The translations under genes and the position numbers were made by a program. Under the pieces are notes generated by a model. It was not told the origin of the DNA and did not search any database. It was given only the letters and a program-made list of their open reading frames with translations. Shown here in pieces: positions 48,044 to 57,314 of a stretch of 64,000 nucleotides of DNA; the stretch's first letter is position 1, and each line of letters starts with the position of its first letter. The stretch is from positions 60,627 to 124,626 of the forward strand of contig NZ_CAJURG010000004.1 in assembly GCF_910588715.1 (NCBI RefSeq). The letters run 5' to 3'. The DNA is from an uncultured Clostridium sp. GTDB taxonomy: Bacteria; Bacillota; Clostridia; Clostridiales; Clostridiaceae.

Positions 48044-48708
48044 TTTTGAATTTAGTTACTAATGCAATTTATTCAGCTTTGCCTTTTTTTATCACATCAA
48101 TTCCCTTAATATTAATTAATCTTTTTATTATTAAAGAAAAAAGAAATTTATTAAATATAAGTTTTAACCTTAAAGAAAAAATATCAACAATTTGTTTTAT
48201 GTTAAGTATATTATTTATTTTAGGTATAACAATAGGTAATAATACTTCCTTTAGTTTTAGTAATATATCCTTAAACAATATAAATATAATTCCTTTCAAA
48301 GGAATATATACTCAGTACATATTTTCTCTTAAAGGTGATATACACTCAATAGTAAACCTATTTGGAAATATTATTATATTTTTACCTTTTGGATTTTTCT
48401 TATCTCTATATTATAAAGATATTTATAAAAATAGCCATAAAATTTTATTAATTGCCTTTTCTGTTTCATTATTTATAGAATTATTACAATTATTTCTAGG
48501 ACGTTCTACTGATATAACTGATATTATTTTAAATACATTTGGTGTATTTTTAGGCAAATTATTATTTCAATATTTTTATATAATTTTTGAAAATTTCTTT
48601 TTAAATATTAACTTAAGAGATGGAAATACCAATAATTCTAAAATTAATTATTTAAATTTAATACAATACGGTTTCTGGATAGCTTTCTTGATATTAAATT
48701 TAAAATAA
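48037..48708 (+). CDS. VanZ family protein
   Basis: NLFGNIIIFLPFGFFLS and ELLQLFLGRSTDITDIILNTFGVFLG are VanZ-like motifs. The start may be TTG 48046 (GGAG 8 nt upstream) rather than GTG 48037. It overlaps the upstream stop. Confidence 0.8.
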   Translation: MLILNLVTNAIYSALPFFITSIPLILINLFIIKEKRNLLNISFNLKEKISTICFMLSILFILGITIGNNTSFSFSNISLNNINIIPFKGIYTQYIFSLKGDIHSIVNLFGNIIIFLPFGFFLSLYYKDIYKNSHKILLIAFSVSLFIELLQLFLGRSTDITDIILNTFGVFLGKLLFQYFYIIFENFFLNINLRDGNTNNSKINYLNLIQYGFWIAFLILNLK

Positions 48709-48726
48709 AATATATTATTTTATGTA

Positions 48727-48761
48727 AAAACTATGCACTTAATAATTAAGTGCATAGTTTT
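48727..48761. terminator. Bidirectional terminator
   Basis: AAAACTATGCACTT-aataatt-AAGTGCATAGTTTT between convergent genes. Confidence 0.8.
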
Positions 48762-49315
48762 CATTTAATTACTAATCCATCAAACATTATATCTACAATT
48801 TTTTTCATAGATTCTTCATAATCTAAATTTTCTTTATGTAAATTATTATCTTCGATTATTGTTCTAATGCTACCAATTAAAATTCTCTTCATAAGTGATA
48901 AATTTACTTTTTTAATTATTCCTTTTTCAATACAATTATTTATTAATATCTTTGTTGGCTCCCAGCCTGTTTCTAATCTATTAATTATTTTTTCATAAAT
49001 ATTTGGATAAAACTTATTTATCTCATGTATTTTAGTATAATCAATAGTATTATATGAAGTTGGAATTATTGTTAAAAGTCTTTTTAGCTTTTCTAAATCA
49101 CCTATACTATCATCTGCAATTATCATTTTCCCTTGTTCTTTAATTGAATCAAATACTTCATCAACTAATAAATCTAATAATTTTTCTTTACTATCTATAT
49201 TTTCATAAAGGGTTCTTTTGCTAACAGATAACTTATTTGCAATATCATCCATTGTAAATTTAACTCCCTTTTCTCTAAAAATATCTATAGTTGCATTTAT
49301 TATTTTTATTTCCAA
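48761..49315 (-). CDS. TetR/AcrR family transcriptional regulator
   Basis: HTH is FTMDDIANKLSVSKRTLYENI. The likely start is TTG 49315 (GGAGAGGAG RBS) rather than the tracked 49342. Confidence 0.85.
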   Translation of the reverse strand: MEIKIINATIDIFREKGVKFTMDDIANKLSVSKRTLYENIDSKEKLLDLLVDEVFDSIKEQGKMIIADDSIGDLEKLKRLLTIIPTSYNTIDYTKIHEINKFYPNIYEKIINRLETGWEPTKILINNCIEKGIIKKVNLSLMKRILIGSIRTIIEDNNLHKENLDYEESMKKIVDIMFDGLVIK

Positions 49316-49521
49316 ATGCTTTTCTCCTCTCCAATTTATCAAATTACTTTTTTAAAAACTACTTTAAAGTTTTATATTTATATTTTTAACAAATTTCATA
49401 TTATATAATGTTAATGAATTAATAAATAAAAATATGTTAATATATTATAAGAATATTATTGTATATTTGATTATAATAGATAATGGTATTTTCTAACTAT
49501 AAAAATTTATGAGGTAAATTT

Positions 49522-50409
49522 ATGATACAGGTTTATAATAGAAAAACAAATAAATATGATACTGAAAATGTTGCTGGAGACAAATATATAAAGTGGGCTT
49601 ATGAATCTCCAATAGGAAAAAGTTTTGTAGAATTGTTTATAAAAAGAAAACTTTTTTCTAAATTATACGGTAACTTTTGTGACAGTAAATTAAGTGTTAA
49701 AAAAATTAATTCATTTATTAAAAATTTTAATATTGATACCGATATATTTACCAATGACCCTTCTGACTTTAAAAGCTTTAATGATTTTTTTATAAGAAAG
49801 CTAACTCCGGAATCTAGACCTATTAATAAAGATAAAAATATATTAATATCTCCTGGAGATGGGCGTTTGTTAGCTTATACTAATATTGATATAAATTCTT
49901 TAATACAGGTAAAAGGAATAACCTATAGTCTTTCCGAATTATTAGAAGATAATCCTATTGCAAATGAATATGCTGGTGGAACATGTTTAGTTTTAAGATT
50001 ATGTCCAGTTGATTATCATAGATTACACTTTATTGATGATGGTATTCCTGAAAAATCAAATATAGTTAATGGAAATTACTATTCTGTTAATCCTACGGCC
50101 TTAGAAAGAATCCCTAAGTTATATTGTCAAAACAAACGTGAATGGTCAATTTTTCACTCAGAAAATTTTGGTGATGTAATTCTTATGGAAGTAGGGGCAA
50201 CTTGTGTTGGCTCTATAGTTCAAACTTATGAGCCTAATAAAAAAGTTTCTAAGGGAGATGAAAAGTCTTATTTTAAATTTGGTGGTTCTACTACTATTCT
50301 TTTCTTTAAAGAAAATACAGTAACCATAGATGATGATATACTTATCCAATCATCCTTTGGATTTGAAACAAAAGTTATTATGGGTGAAAAAATAGGAGAA
50401 AAAATTTAA
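49522..50409 (+). CDS. psd: Phosphatidylserine decarboxylase proenzyme
   Basis: 295 aa. Self-cleavage motif [12 protein letters not shown] (G-S-T) and the DYHRLHF motif. Confidence 0.9.
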   Translation: MIQVYNRKTNKYDTENVAGDKYIKWAYESPIGKSFVELFIKRKLFSKLYGNFCDSKLSVKKINSFIKNFNIDTDIFTNDPSDFKSFNDFFIRKLTPESRPINKDKNILISPGDGRLLAYTNIDINSLIQVKGITYSLSELLEDNPIANEYAGGTCLVLRLCPVDYHRLHFIDDGIPEKSNIVNGNYYSVNPTALERIPKLYCQNKREWSIFHSENFGDVILMEVGATCVGSIVQTYEPNKKVSKGDEKSYFKFGGSTTILFFKENTVTIDDDILIQSSFGFETKVIMGEKIGEKI

Positions 50410-50430
50410 CTAAAGTGCATTGCACTTTAG
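50410..50430. terminator. Short palindromic hairpin between convergent genes
   Basis: CTAAAGTGCA-t-TGCACTTTAG. It overlaps the stop codon of the minus-strand gene. Confidence 0.45.
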
Positions 50431-51560
50431 TTATTTATTATTTTCTTGACTTCTTTAATAAATTTTTCTTCATTTCCATCAAAAATAATTAAATTAATTC
50501 CCATCTCTTTTGCCCTTATTTTTACTGGAGATTTAATTGGTTCTTTTGTTGCAACCAAAATTTTATATGAATTTTCTCCACCAAACTTAGAGGCATATAC
50601 ATTTAATTCATTTAAAGCCATTTCATTATATTTATCACTATCTTTACAGGAAATAAAAATTGGAACCGAATCTTTTACTGCTACTACATCAAGTTCATTT
50701 CTAACAGATTGATTTGCATCATTCCATAAAAACATAACTCCATTTTTAGCTTCATCAACCTCTTCAATTTTATTAATTAATTTATTTGTCTCTATTTCTA
50801 ACCATGTTCCACTTTTGAATATAAAAGCCTTTAAATAGTCATTATTAAAATTAACAGTTATTTTATCATCTTGCTTTTTATAATTAATTTCCTTCATTTC
50901 TTTTAATTTTAATAATATTTTATCTAATAAATTAACTTCTTCATTTTCTAAAGCTTTAGTATGAATATATATTCTTTGTTGTTCCATACTATCATGTTCA
51001 AATATACTTGCATCATATAATTGTTGTTTATATTTATGCCATAATTCCAAATTGCTAGATATTTTTTCTGCAAAATAAATTAAATCTTTTTTATTACATA
51101 ATTCTGAAGAATCTTCAACTATTTTTCCTCCAGAAGCCTTAACAATATCATCAATTTCTAAATCTTCAAAAGTCTTTTTATGTATTATTATACTTTCCTT
51201 AAATTCATACATAACTTTTTTCTTGATATCTATATATAAAGCTATAAGATTTTCTCTTATACAAAGCTCTAATAAAATTAAAGAATTTATTTTATTTCCA
51301 CCAGTTAAATTAATTAAAACATTCTTATCTTTTATATTTTTTATTATTTTTTCTAATCCTTCTTTATCTCCTTCTTCAACTGAAAATTCTTCAATCTTAA
51401 TTTTGGGAAAATTTTTTTCATAATATAATTTAAGAGTTTTCATTTTTTCTTCAGAATCTTTATCTTTTATAAAATAGACTGTGCTAGGATTAAATTCTTG
51501 AGTTGCTAGGATATTACTTTCATTATGTTCATCTACTTGATTTATTAATATATCAATCAT
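50427..51560 (-). CDS. CARF domain plus PD-(D/E)xK nuclease-fold protein (Card1/Can2/DUF1887-like)
   Basis: 377 aa. The N-terminal Rossmann-like domain has NLTGGNK (CARF GG(T/N)K-type loop). The C-terminal part has GTWLEIE ... NELDVVAV ... IFISCKD, laid out like the Card1 restriction-endonuclease-fold motifs (E ... D ... ExK), but Ser replaces the usual Glu of ExK. Confidence 0.6.
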   Translation of the reverse strand: MIDILINQVDEHNESNILATQEFNPSTVYFIKDKDSEEKMKTLKLYYEKNFPKIKIEEFSVEEGDKEGLEKIIKNIKDKNVLINLTGGNKINSLILLELCIRENLIALYIDIKKKVMYEFKESIIIHKKTFEDLEIDDIVKASGGKIVEDSSELCNKKDLIYFAEKISSNLELWHKYKQQLYDASIFEHDSMEQQRIYIHTKALENEEVNLLDKILLKLKEMKEINYKKQDDKITVNFNNDYLKAFIFKSGTWLEIETNKLINKIEEVDEAKNGVMFLWNDANQSVRNELDVVAVKDSVPIFISCKDSDKYNEMALNELNVYASKFGGENSYKILVATKEPIKSPVKIRAKEMGINLIIFDGNEEKFIKEVKKIINN

Positions 51561-51626
51561 AATTTTTCTCCTCTTTATTCTAACTCTAAGAATAGTTTTC
51601 CTATAATATAAAATTTTATAAATAAA

Positions 51627-51657
51627 AAAGAACTGTTGAAAATCAACAGTTCTTTTT
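51627..51657 (-). terminator. Rho-independent terminator after tRNA-Arg
   Basis: AAAAAAGAACTGTTGA-aaa-TCAACAGTTCTTTTTT, a perfect palindrome flanked by A/T runs. Confidence 0.85.
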
Positions 51658-51732
51658 TGGCAGAGCGTAAAGGAATCGAACCCTTAATGCGCCGTCCGTA
51701 GCGGCGTGTTATATCCGTTTAACTAACGCTCC
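51658..51732 (-). tRNA. tRNA-Arg (anticodon ACG), CCA encoded
   Basis: Hand-folded 75-nt cloverleaf. Acceptor GGAGCGU/ACGCUCU (G1.U72), D-arm GUUA-AACGGAUA-UAAC, anticodon stem CGCCG/CGGCG with loop CUACGGA, T-arm AAGGG-UUCGAUU-CCUUU, discriminator G plus CCA. Confidence 0.8.
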
Positions 51733-51810
51733 ATAGTGTTAACAAATTTATGTTAACACAAAAATTAGAATTTATCAACAATTAAAATATTTTCATTTAA
51801 ATTAATTATT

Positions 51811-52581
51811 TTATATGTTTTGTTTTTCATTATATACAGATATATAAGTTAAACCAAACATTAATATGATTCCTCCAATTAAAATAAAATATCCTCCAAT
51901 CGGATAAATTAAATTAATTATTGCAGGTAAAGTAACTGCATATAATGAAAGCTTTAACAGTTCATTATATGAGACTTTTTTATTTCCAAGTAAAGAGCTT
52001 AATAAACCTACTAATGAAATTAATAAAGCCTGTATTATTAATTGAACAAAATTGAAAATTATAATAATTGGAATGATTATATATTTAATTACATCAAACT
52101 TCTCTAAAAGAGAAATTACAAAGTTATTATCAAAATCAATTTTATCTAATCCTAACTCTGAATACTTGCCTATAATATTTTCTGAACCACCTTTAATCAT
52201 AAATCCATCTTTAAGTAATACAGTAACCATTTCTTTGTGAACAGTAATACTTCTTAAAGATTCTAGTTCATCTAAATTTTTATTTGTATCTATATATAAT
52301 AATACTTGACCTTCTTCTTCCTTTATAGGAGATGATTTAAAACTTAATAATCCATTTTTCATTTCAAATTGAACTTCATCTTGTTTTAAAATCATTTCTG
52401 TTGCTTTTTCTAAGCCTGAAATAATTACAGTACTCATAACTCCTTGGATAACTCCAATTATAAGCGAAAGAACTAAAACATATAAAAAAGCCTTACTTAA
52501 CTTATCCTTATATAAATAAACGTATTTCTTAGGATTAATACTAAAAATAAATTTATTTCTCATTTTTATTTTCTCGTTCAT
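51811..52581 (-). CDS. DUF1189-like membrane protein
   Basis: About 256 aa with an N-terminal cytoplasmic stretch, then TM helices. Start moved to ATG 52581, since the GGAGG formed by the tracked first codons sits 5 nt upstream. Confidence 0.6.
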   Translation of the reverse strand: MNEKIKMRNKFIFSINPKKYVYLYKDKLSKAFLYVLVLSLIIGVIQGVMSTVIISGLEKATEMILKQDEVQFEMKNGLLSFKSSPIKEEEGQVLLYIDTNKNLDELESLRSITVHKEMVTVLLKDGFMIKGGSENIIGKYSELGLDKIDFDNNFVISLLEKFDVIKYIIIPIIIIFNFVQLIIQALLISLVGLLSSLLGNKKVSYNELLKLSLYAVTLPAIINLIYPIGGYFILIGGIILMFGLTYISVYNEKQNI

Positions 52582-52764
52582 TAATTCCTCCATAAAACAT
52601 AATTATTTTAATTTTAAAAAATACTATATTAATATTTTTACACTTTGATTATAACATATTTTACTAAATTTTCTTATGTACTTTTTATGAATTTCCCTTA
52701 AATATGTTTAAAAATAAAGAAATTGGTCAATTATTAATAATAAAAAAATAAGGAGGTATTTTTT

Positions 52765-53967
52765 TTGAGAAATTTATTTCAAAAACCTAAAAAAGGTGTT
52801 TTTAAAATTCTCACAATTATTTTTGCTGTATTTCTAATAGGATTTGCTGCTAATTATTATATAAATTACAAATACTCTTTAATTACAAATGAGTTTGTTG
52901 CAAAATTTAATAATAATGATTTTGATTCTGCAAAAGAAATAATTGCAAGTAATGATTTTTATTTAAAATTAAAGAAGAAAACTTTAAATAAAGATTTAAA
53001 TGAATATTTTTCTTCAAGAGTAAAAGGCTTATGTGATTCTTCTTTAAATACTGAGGAAAATAAATCAAAGTCCTTGGTAATTTTAAATGAAATTAAAAGC
53101 TATAACATATTAGATTCATCCTTGAATAAATTAATAATTTCATTAGATAAAAACTATATTCCAGAAAGTGATTCTGATTATAAAGCAATTTTAGATTTAG
53201 GATTAGATAATTGTAATAATGGTGATTTTATTACTTCCATTAACTTACTAAAAAAAATCCCTGACTCTTCAAAGTATTATAATGAAGCAAATAAATACAT
53301 AGAAAAATGTAAAAATGATTATAAGGAAAACTTATTTAAACAAGCAGATGAATTAGTTAAAGATGATTATTATACTAAGGCTATAAATTTGTTATCTAGT
53401 GCTGATACTTCTATAATTTCAAAATCTGATGCTGAAATCACTAGTAAAATTAACACTATAACTGAAGCTAAGGAAAATTATTTAGCTTCTATAGATTCTA
53501 ATGATAATCAAAATTCAACCTTAACATCTAGTCAATTGCTTCAATCAATTACTACTAATAATATAAACACTTTAAATATAGAAAGTTTAACTCCATATTT
53601 AGTATACGTAAATCTTTCTGAACAAATGACTTATGTTTATAAAGGAACTATGAACAAATGGGATAATATTAAATCCTTTACCTGTTCTACAGGAGTAGAT
53701 GATGAAAAAACACCACCTGGAATCTTTGATGTTCGTGAGAGAGGGGAGTGGTTCTTTTCAGATAAATATGAACAAGGCGGAAAGTATTGGGTTCAATTTT
53801 ATGGAGATTATTTATTCCATTCAGTTCCTTACAACAAAGATCAAAGTGAAGTTGTAGATAATACTTTAGGAACTCCAGCTTCTCATGGATGTATTAGATT
53901 AAAAACAGAAGATGCTAAATGGATTTATGATAATATCGAATTTGGCACAAAAGTTATAATTAATTAA
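52765..53967 (+). CDS. L,D-transpeptidase (YkuD domain) with N-terminal TM anchor and helical repeat region
   Basis: C-terminal GTPASHGCIRL catalytic motif. TTG start with AAGGAGG RBS. Confidence 0.9.
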   Translation: MRNLFQKPKKGVFKILTIIFAVFLIGFAANYYINYKYSLITNEFVAKFNNNDFDSAKEIIASNDFYLKLKKKTLNKDLNEYFSSRVKGLCDSSLNTEENKSKSLVILNEIKSYNILDSSLNKLIISLDKNYIPESDSDYKAILDLGLDNCNNGDFITSINLLKKIPDSSKYYNEANKYIEKCKNDYKENLFKQADELVKDDYYTKAINLLSSADTSIISKSDAEITSKINTITEAKENYLASIDSNDNQNSTLTSSQLLQSITTNNINTLNIESLTPYLVYVNLSEQMTYVYKGTMNKWDNIKSFTCSTGVDDEKTPPGIFDVRERGEWFFSDKYEQGGKYWVQFYGDYLFHSVPYNKDQSEVVDNTLGTPASHGCIRLKTEDAKWIYDNIEFGTKVIIN

Positions 53968-53970
53968 AAA

Positions 53971-54016
53971 ATAAAGGCAATATATTAAAGACATAATATA
54001 TTGCCTTTATTTTTTA
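53971..54016 (+). terminator. Rho-independent terminator
   Basis: ATAAAGGCAATATATTA-loop-TAATATATTGCCTTTAT plus TTTTT. Confidence 0.85.
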
Positions 54017-54087
54017 CTTTTATCTTTTTTAACCAATCTTTATGATAAAATTAGATTAATAAAAACTTAATTTAGAGGATGATTTTT

Positions 54088-55428
54088 ATGTTTATTTATA
54101 TACCTGATAATGTTCAATTTATTATAGATACGTTTTATAAAAATAATTATGAAGCTTTTATGGTTGGGGGCTGTGTAAGAGATTCTTTACTTGGAATTAT
54201 ACCTAAAGATTATGACATAACAACCTCTGCCCTTCCAAATGTAACAGAATCACTATTTGATAAAACAATTCCAACTGGAATAAAACATGGAACAGTTACT
54301 ATTGTATTGGATAATGAAAATTTAGAAGTTACTACTTACAGAACAGAAGGAAATTATTTAGATAATCGTCATCCTGAATCTGTTGAATTTGTTTCAAGTA
54401 TAAAGGAAGATTTATCAAGGCGAGATTTTACAGTCAATGCTCTAGCTTATAATAAAAAAGAAGGGTTTATAGATTATTTTAATGGAGTAAATGATATAAA
54501 AAATAAAATAATTAAAGCAGTAGGTGATCCAAATAAAAGATTTCAAGAAGATGCCTTAAGAATGTTACGTGCAATTAGATTTAGTTGTCAATTAGGATTT
54601 AAAATTGAACCACTAACATACTTAGCTATAAAGAAAAACTATAAATTAATTAAAAATATTAGTATGGAACGTATTAGAGATGAATTATGTAAAATACTAA
54701 TTTCTGATAATCCTTCTGATGGATTAACCCTCTTAAAAGATACAAGAATTTTAGAAATAATTCTGCCCGAAATTTATAGTTTAGTTGATTACACTCCACT
54801 TTGTAATAATCATAATAAAGATGTTTTTAGTCACACTTTAAATGTAATAAATAATACTTCAAGCAATGATTTAATTTTAAGATTATCAGCACTTTTCCAT
54901 GATGTTGGTAAGCTTAATACATTAAAACAATTGCCTAATGGTCATTATTATTTCCCCGGGCACGCTAAGGAAGGTGCAATTATATGCAAACCAATATTAT
55001 CAAGACTTAAATTTGATAATTCAACTATAGATAAAGTTTCTAAAATTATTTATGATCATTTAGTATTAGATGTAAATTATATGCCTACAGATGGTGAAAT
55101 TAAAAGATTATTAATACGTGTTGGAAGCGAAAATATATTTACGCTTTTTGAACTTCAAAAAGCGGATACAAACTCACTTTGGAGTCCTGCTCCCTTTTTA
55201 AAGAAAATTGATTATATTTCTAATAAAGTTCAAAAAATACTTGAAAATAATGAGCCACTTTATATAAAAGATTTAGCTATTACAGGTGCAGATTTAATGA
55301 ATCATTTAAATCTTAACCCTGGCAAAATCATTGGAGAAATACTACTATTTTTATTAGAAAAAGTGTTAGATGATAAAAGTTTAAATAATAAAGAAACTCT
55401 TTTGAAAATTGCTGAAAACTTTATTTAA
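54088..55428 (+). CDS. cca: CCA tRNA nucleotidyltransferase with HD domain
   Basis: GGCVRDSLLG...DYDITT polymerase-beta-type head, RRDFTVNA, and HD domain (LFHDVGK). ATG 54088 or 54079. Confidence 0.9.
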   Translation: MFIYIPDNVQFIIDTFYKNNYEAFMVGGCVRDSLLGIIPKDYDITTSALPNVTESLFDKTIPTGIKHGTVTIVLDNENLEVTTYRTEGNYLDNRHPESVEFVSSIKEDLSRRDFTVNALAYNKKEGFIDYFNGVNDIKNKIIKAVGDPNKRFQEDALRMLRAIRFSCQLGFKIEPLTYLAIKKNYKLIKNISMERIRDELCKILISDNPSDGLTLLKDTRILEIILPEIYSLVDYTPLCNNHNKDVFSHTLNVINNTSSNDLILRLSALFHDVGKLNTLKQLPNGHYYFPGHAKEGAIICKPILSRLKFDNSTIDKVSKIIYDHLVLDVNYMPTDGEIKRLLIRVGSENIFTLFELQKADTNSLWSPAPFLKKIDYISNKVQKILENNEPLYIKDLAITGADLMNHLNLNPGKIIGEILLFLLEKVLDDKSLNNKETLLKIAENFI

Positions 55429-55579
55429 AAGTTTTATATTTAATTGTTATATTGTTAATAAACTCATAAAAATAATTATACTTCCTTTGCTCTACACAAT
55501 TAAAAATCTAATAAAAATTAATGTATATCTATTAATACTATGGTAGAAAATAAATATTATTGATATATGGAGGAAATTT

Positions 55580-56554
55580 ATGTGTACAGCAGCGACTTAT
55601 AAAACAAAAGACTTTTATTTTGGTAGAAACTTAGATTACGAATTTTCGTATAACAATGAAATAACAATAACTCCAAGAAATTTTGAATTTACTTTTAAAG
55701 AAATGGATAGTATGAAATCTCATTATGCGATAATTGGAATGGCATTTGTTGTTGATGATTATCCATTATATTATGATGGTATCAATGAAAAAGGGTTAGG
55801 AATTGCAGGATTAAATTTTGTTGGAAATGCTAACTACAAAGAAAAAGTATCTGACAAAGATAACATAACTCCGTTTGAATTTATTCCATGGATTCTATGT
55901 CAATGTTCTACTGTAAAAGAAGCAAGAGCTTTAATTGAAAAAATGAATATGTTAAATGTTCAATTTAACGATAAATTACCTCTTGCAGAGTTGCATTGGA
56001 TTATTTCAGACAGTAAAGAATCTATTACGGTAGAATCAGTTTTAGAAGGAATTAAAGTTTACGATAATCCTGTAGGTATTTTAACTAATAATCCTACTTT
56101 TGATAAACAATTATTTTCATTAAATAATTATAGAGGTCTTTCTCCAAAATCCCCTGAAAATACATTTAGTAATGACTTAAACTTAGATAGTTATAGTCGT
56201 GGAATGGGTGGAATAGGACTTCCTGGTGATTTATCTTCACAATCTAGATTTGTAAGAGTAGCATTTACTAAAATGAATTCTACTTCTAGTGATGATGAAA
56301 AGGAAAGCGTAAGTCAATTTTTCCATATTCTTCACTCAGTTGATCAACAAAGAGGTTGTTGTAATTTAGGTGATGATAAGTTTGAAATAACGCTTTATTC
56401 ATCATGTTGTAATGCTAATAAAGGAATTTATTATTATACTGCTTATGATAATCATCAAATAACAGCAGTAGATATGAATAAAGAAGATTTAGATGGAAAT
56501 CAACTTATAACATATCCTTTCATAAAAGATGAACAAATAAATTACCTAAATTAA
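55580..56554 (+). CDS. Choloylglycine hydrolase family Ntn-hydrolase (bile salt hydrolase / penicillin V acylase type)
   Basis: MCTAATYKTKDFYFGRNLDYE gives the nucleophile Cys2 directly after Met, with R-N-L-D following. 324 aa. Confidence 0.9.
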   Translation: MCTAATYKTKDFYFGRNLDYEFSYNNEITITPRNFEFTFKEMDSMKSHYAIIGMAFVVDDYPLYYDGINEKGLGIAGLNFVGNANYKEKVSDKDNITPFEFIPWILCQCSTVKEARALIEKMNMLNVQFNDKLPLAELHWIISDSKESITVESVLEGIKVYDNPVGILTNNPTFDKQLFSLNNYRGLSPKSPENTFSNDLNLDSYSRGMGGIGLPGDLSSQSRFVRVAFTKMNSTSSDDEKESVSQFFHILHSVDQQRGCCNLGDDKFEITLYSSCCNANKGIYYYTAYDNHQITAVDMNKEDLDGNQLITYPFIKDEQINYLN

Positions 56555-56565
56555 ATAAATATTTT

Positions 56566-56609
56566 AAAAATAAGCTGTATCAATACAAATTTAGATACAG
56601 CTTATTTTA
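56566..56609. terminator. Terminator between convergent genes
   Basis: ATAAGCTGTATC-loop-GATACAGCTTAT plus TTTT. Confidence 0.8.
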
Positions 56610-56635
56610 ATTTTTTACCAAATAAAATATAAGTT

Positions 56636-57133
56636 CTAAATAAACATACTTACTTTATTCTCAGCTAGTTGATTGCTTTTAATATTATTATCGATAATAA
56701 ATTTAGCTAATTTTATATATTCACTTTCTAATTTATATTTTACTTCTTCAAAAAAACTTTTTGTAATTAAGATTTCAGACAATACATTTGAAGAAAAATA
56801 AGAATTATTTATTAAAATTTTCTTATTATATATATCATTATAAATATTTGCAATCTTATTTCCGTTTTTTTCATAAGCTTCACACTTATTTTTTAGTTCA
56901 TCTAATAATTCAAAACAGTTATCTTTACCTCTACCATTTATTAAATTAAGTGCTTCTTTAATATCTTCAATTAACTCCTTAGTTGTAGATATTAAATCAA
57001 GATAATCATAATAATGTTTATCATCTTGACTTTTTTTCTCAGATAGTTTCTCCTCACATTCTTTGAATTTTGTTTGATATTCATCATAAATGTTTAAAAC
57101 TGATTTTAAGTTTAAATATAAATCGATATTCAT
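56636..57133 (-). CDS. Hypothetical coiled-coil protein
   Basis: 165 aa ORF with GGAGGGGA RBS. No recognisable motif. Confidence 0.55.
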   Translation of the reverse strand: MNIDLYLNLKSVLNIYDEYQTKFKECEEKLSEKKSQDDKHYYDYLDLISTTKELIEDIKEALNLINGRGKDNCFELLDELKNKCEAYEKNGNKIANIYNDIYNKKILINNSYFSSNVLSEILITKSFFEEVKYKLESEYIKLAKFIIDNNIKSNQLAENKVSMFI

Positions 57134-57261
57134 AAAATCCCCTCCTTATTCAAATATAAGGTAATTTTAACAAAAAAAAAATGTTCAAATAAATGTTATT
57201 TACTTTAATTCAAAATATATCAATTTATTAAAATAAATGTTTATGGTAAAGTTTAAAACAA

Positions 57262-57306
57262 AAAAGATTTATATAAATAGATATCATTTATATAAATCCT
57301 TTTTAA
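57262..57306 (-). terminator. Terminator of addBA
   Basis: Minus strand AGGATTTATATAAAT-loop-ATTTATATAAATCTT plus TTTTGTTTT. Confidence 0.7.
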
Positions 57307-57314
57307 TTTAAAAA

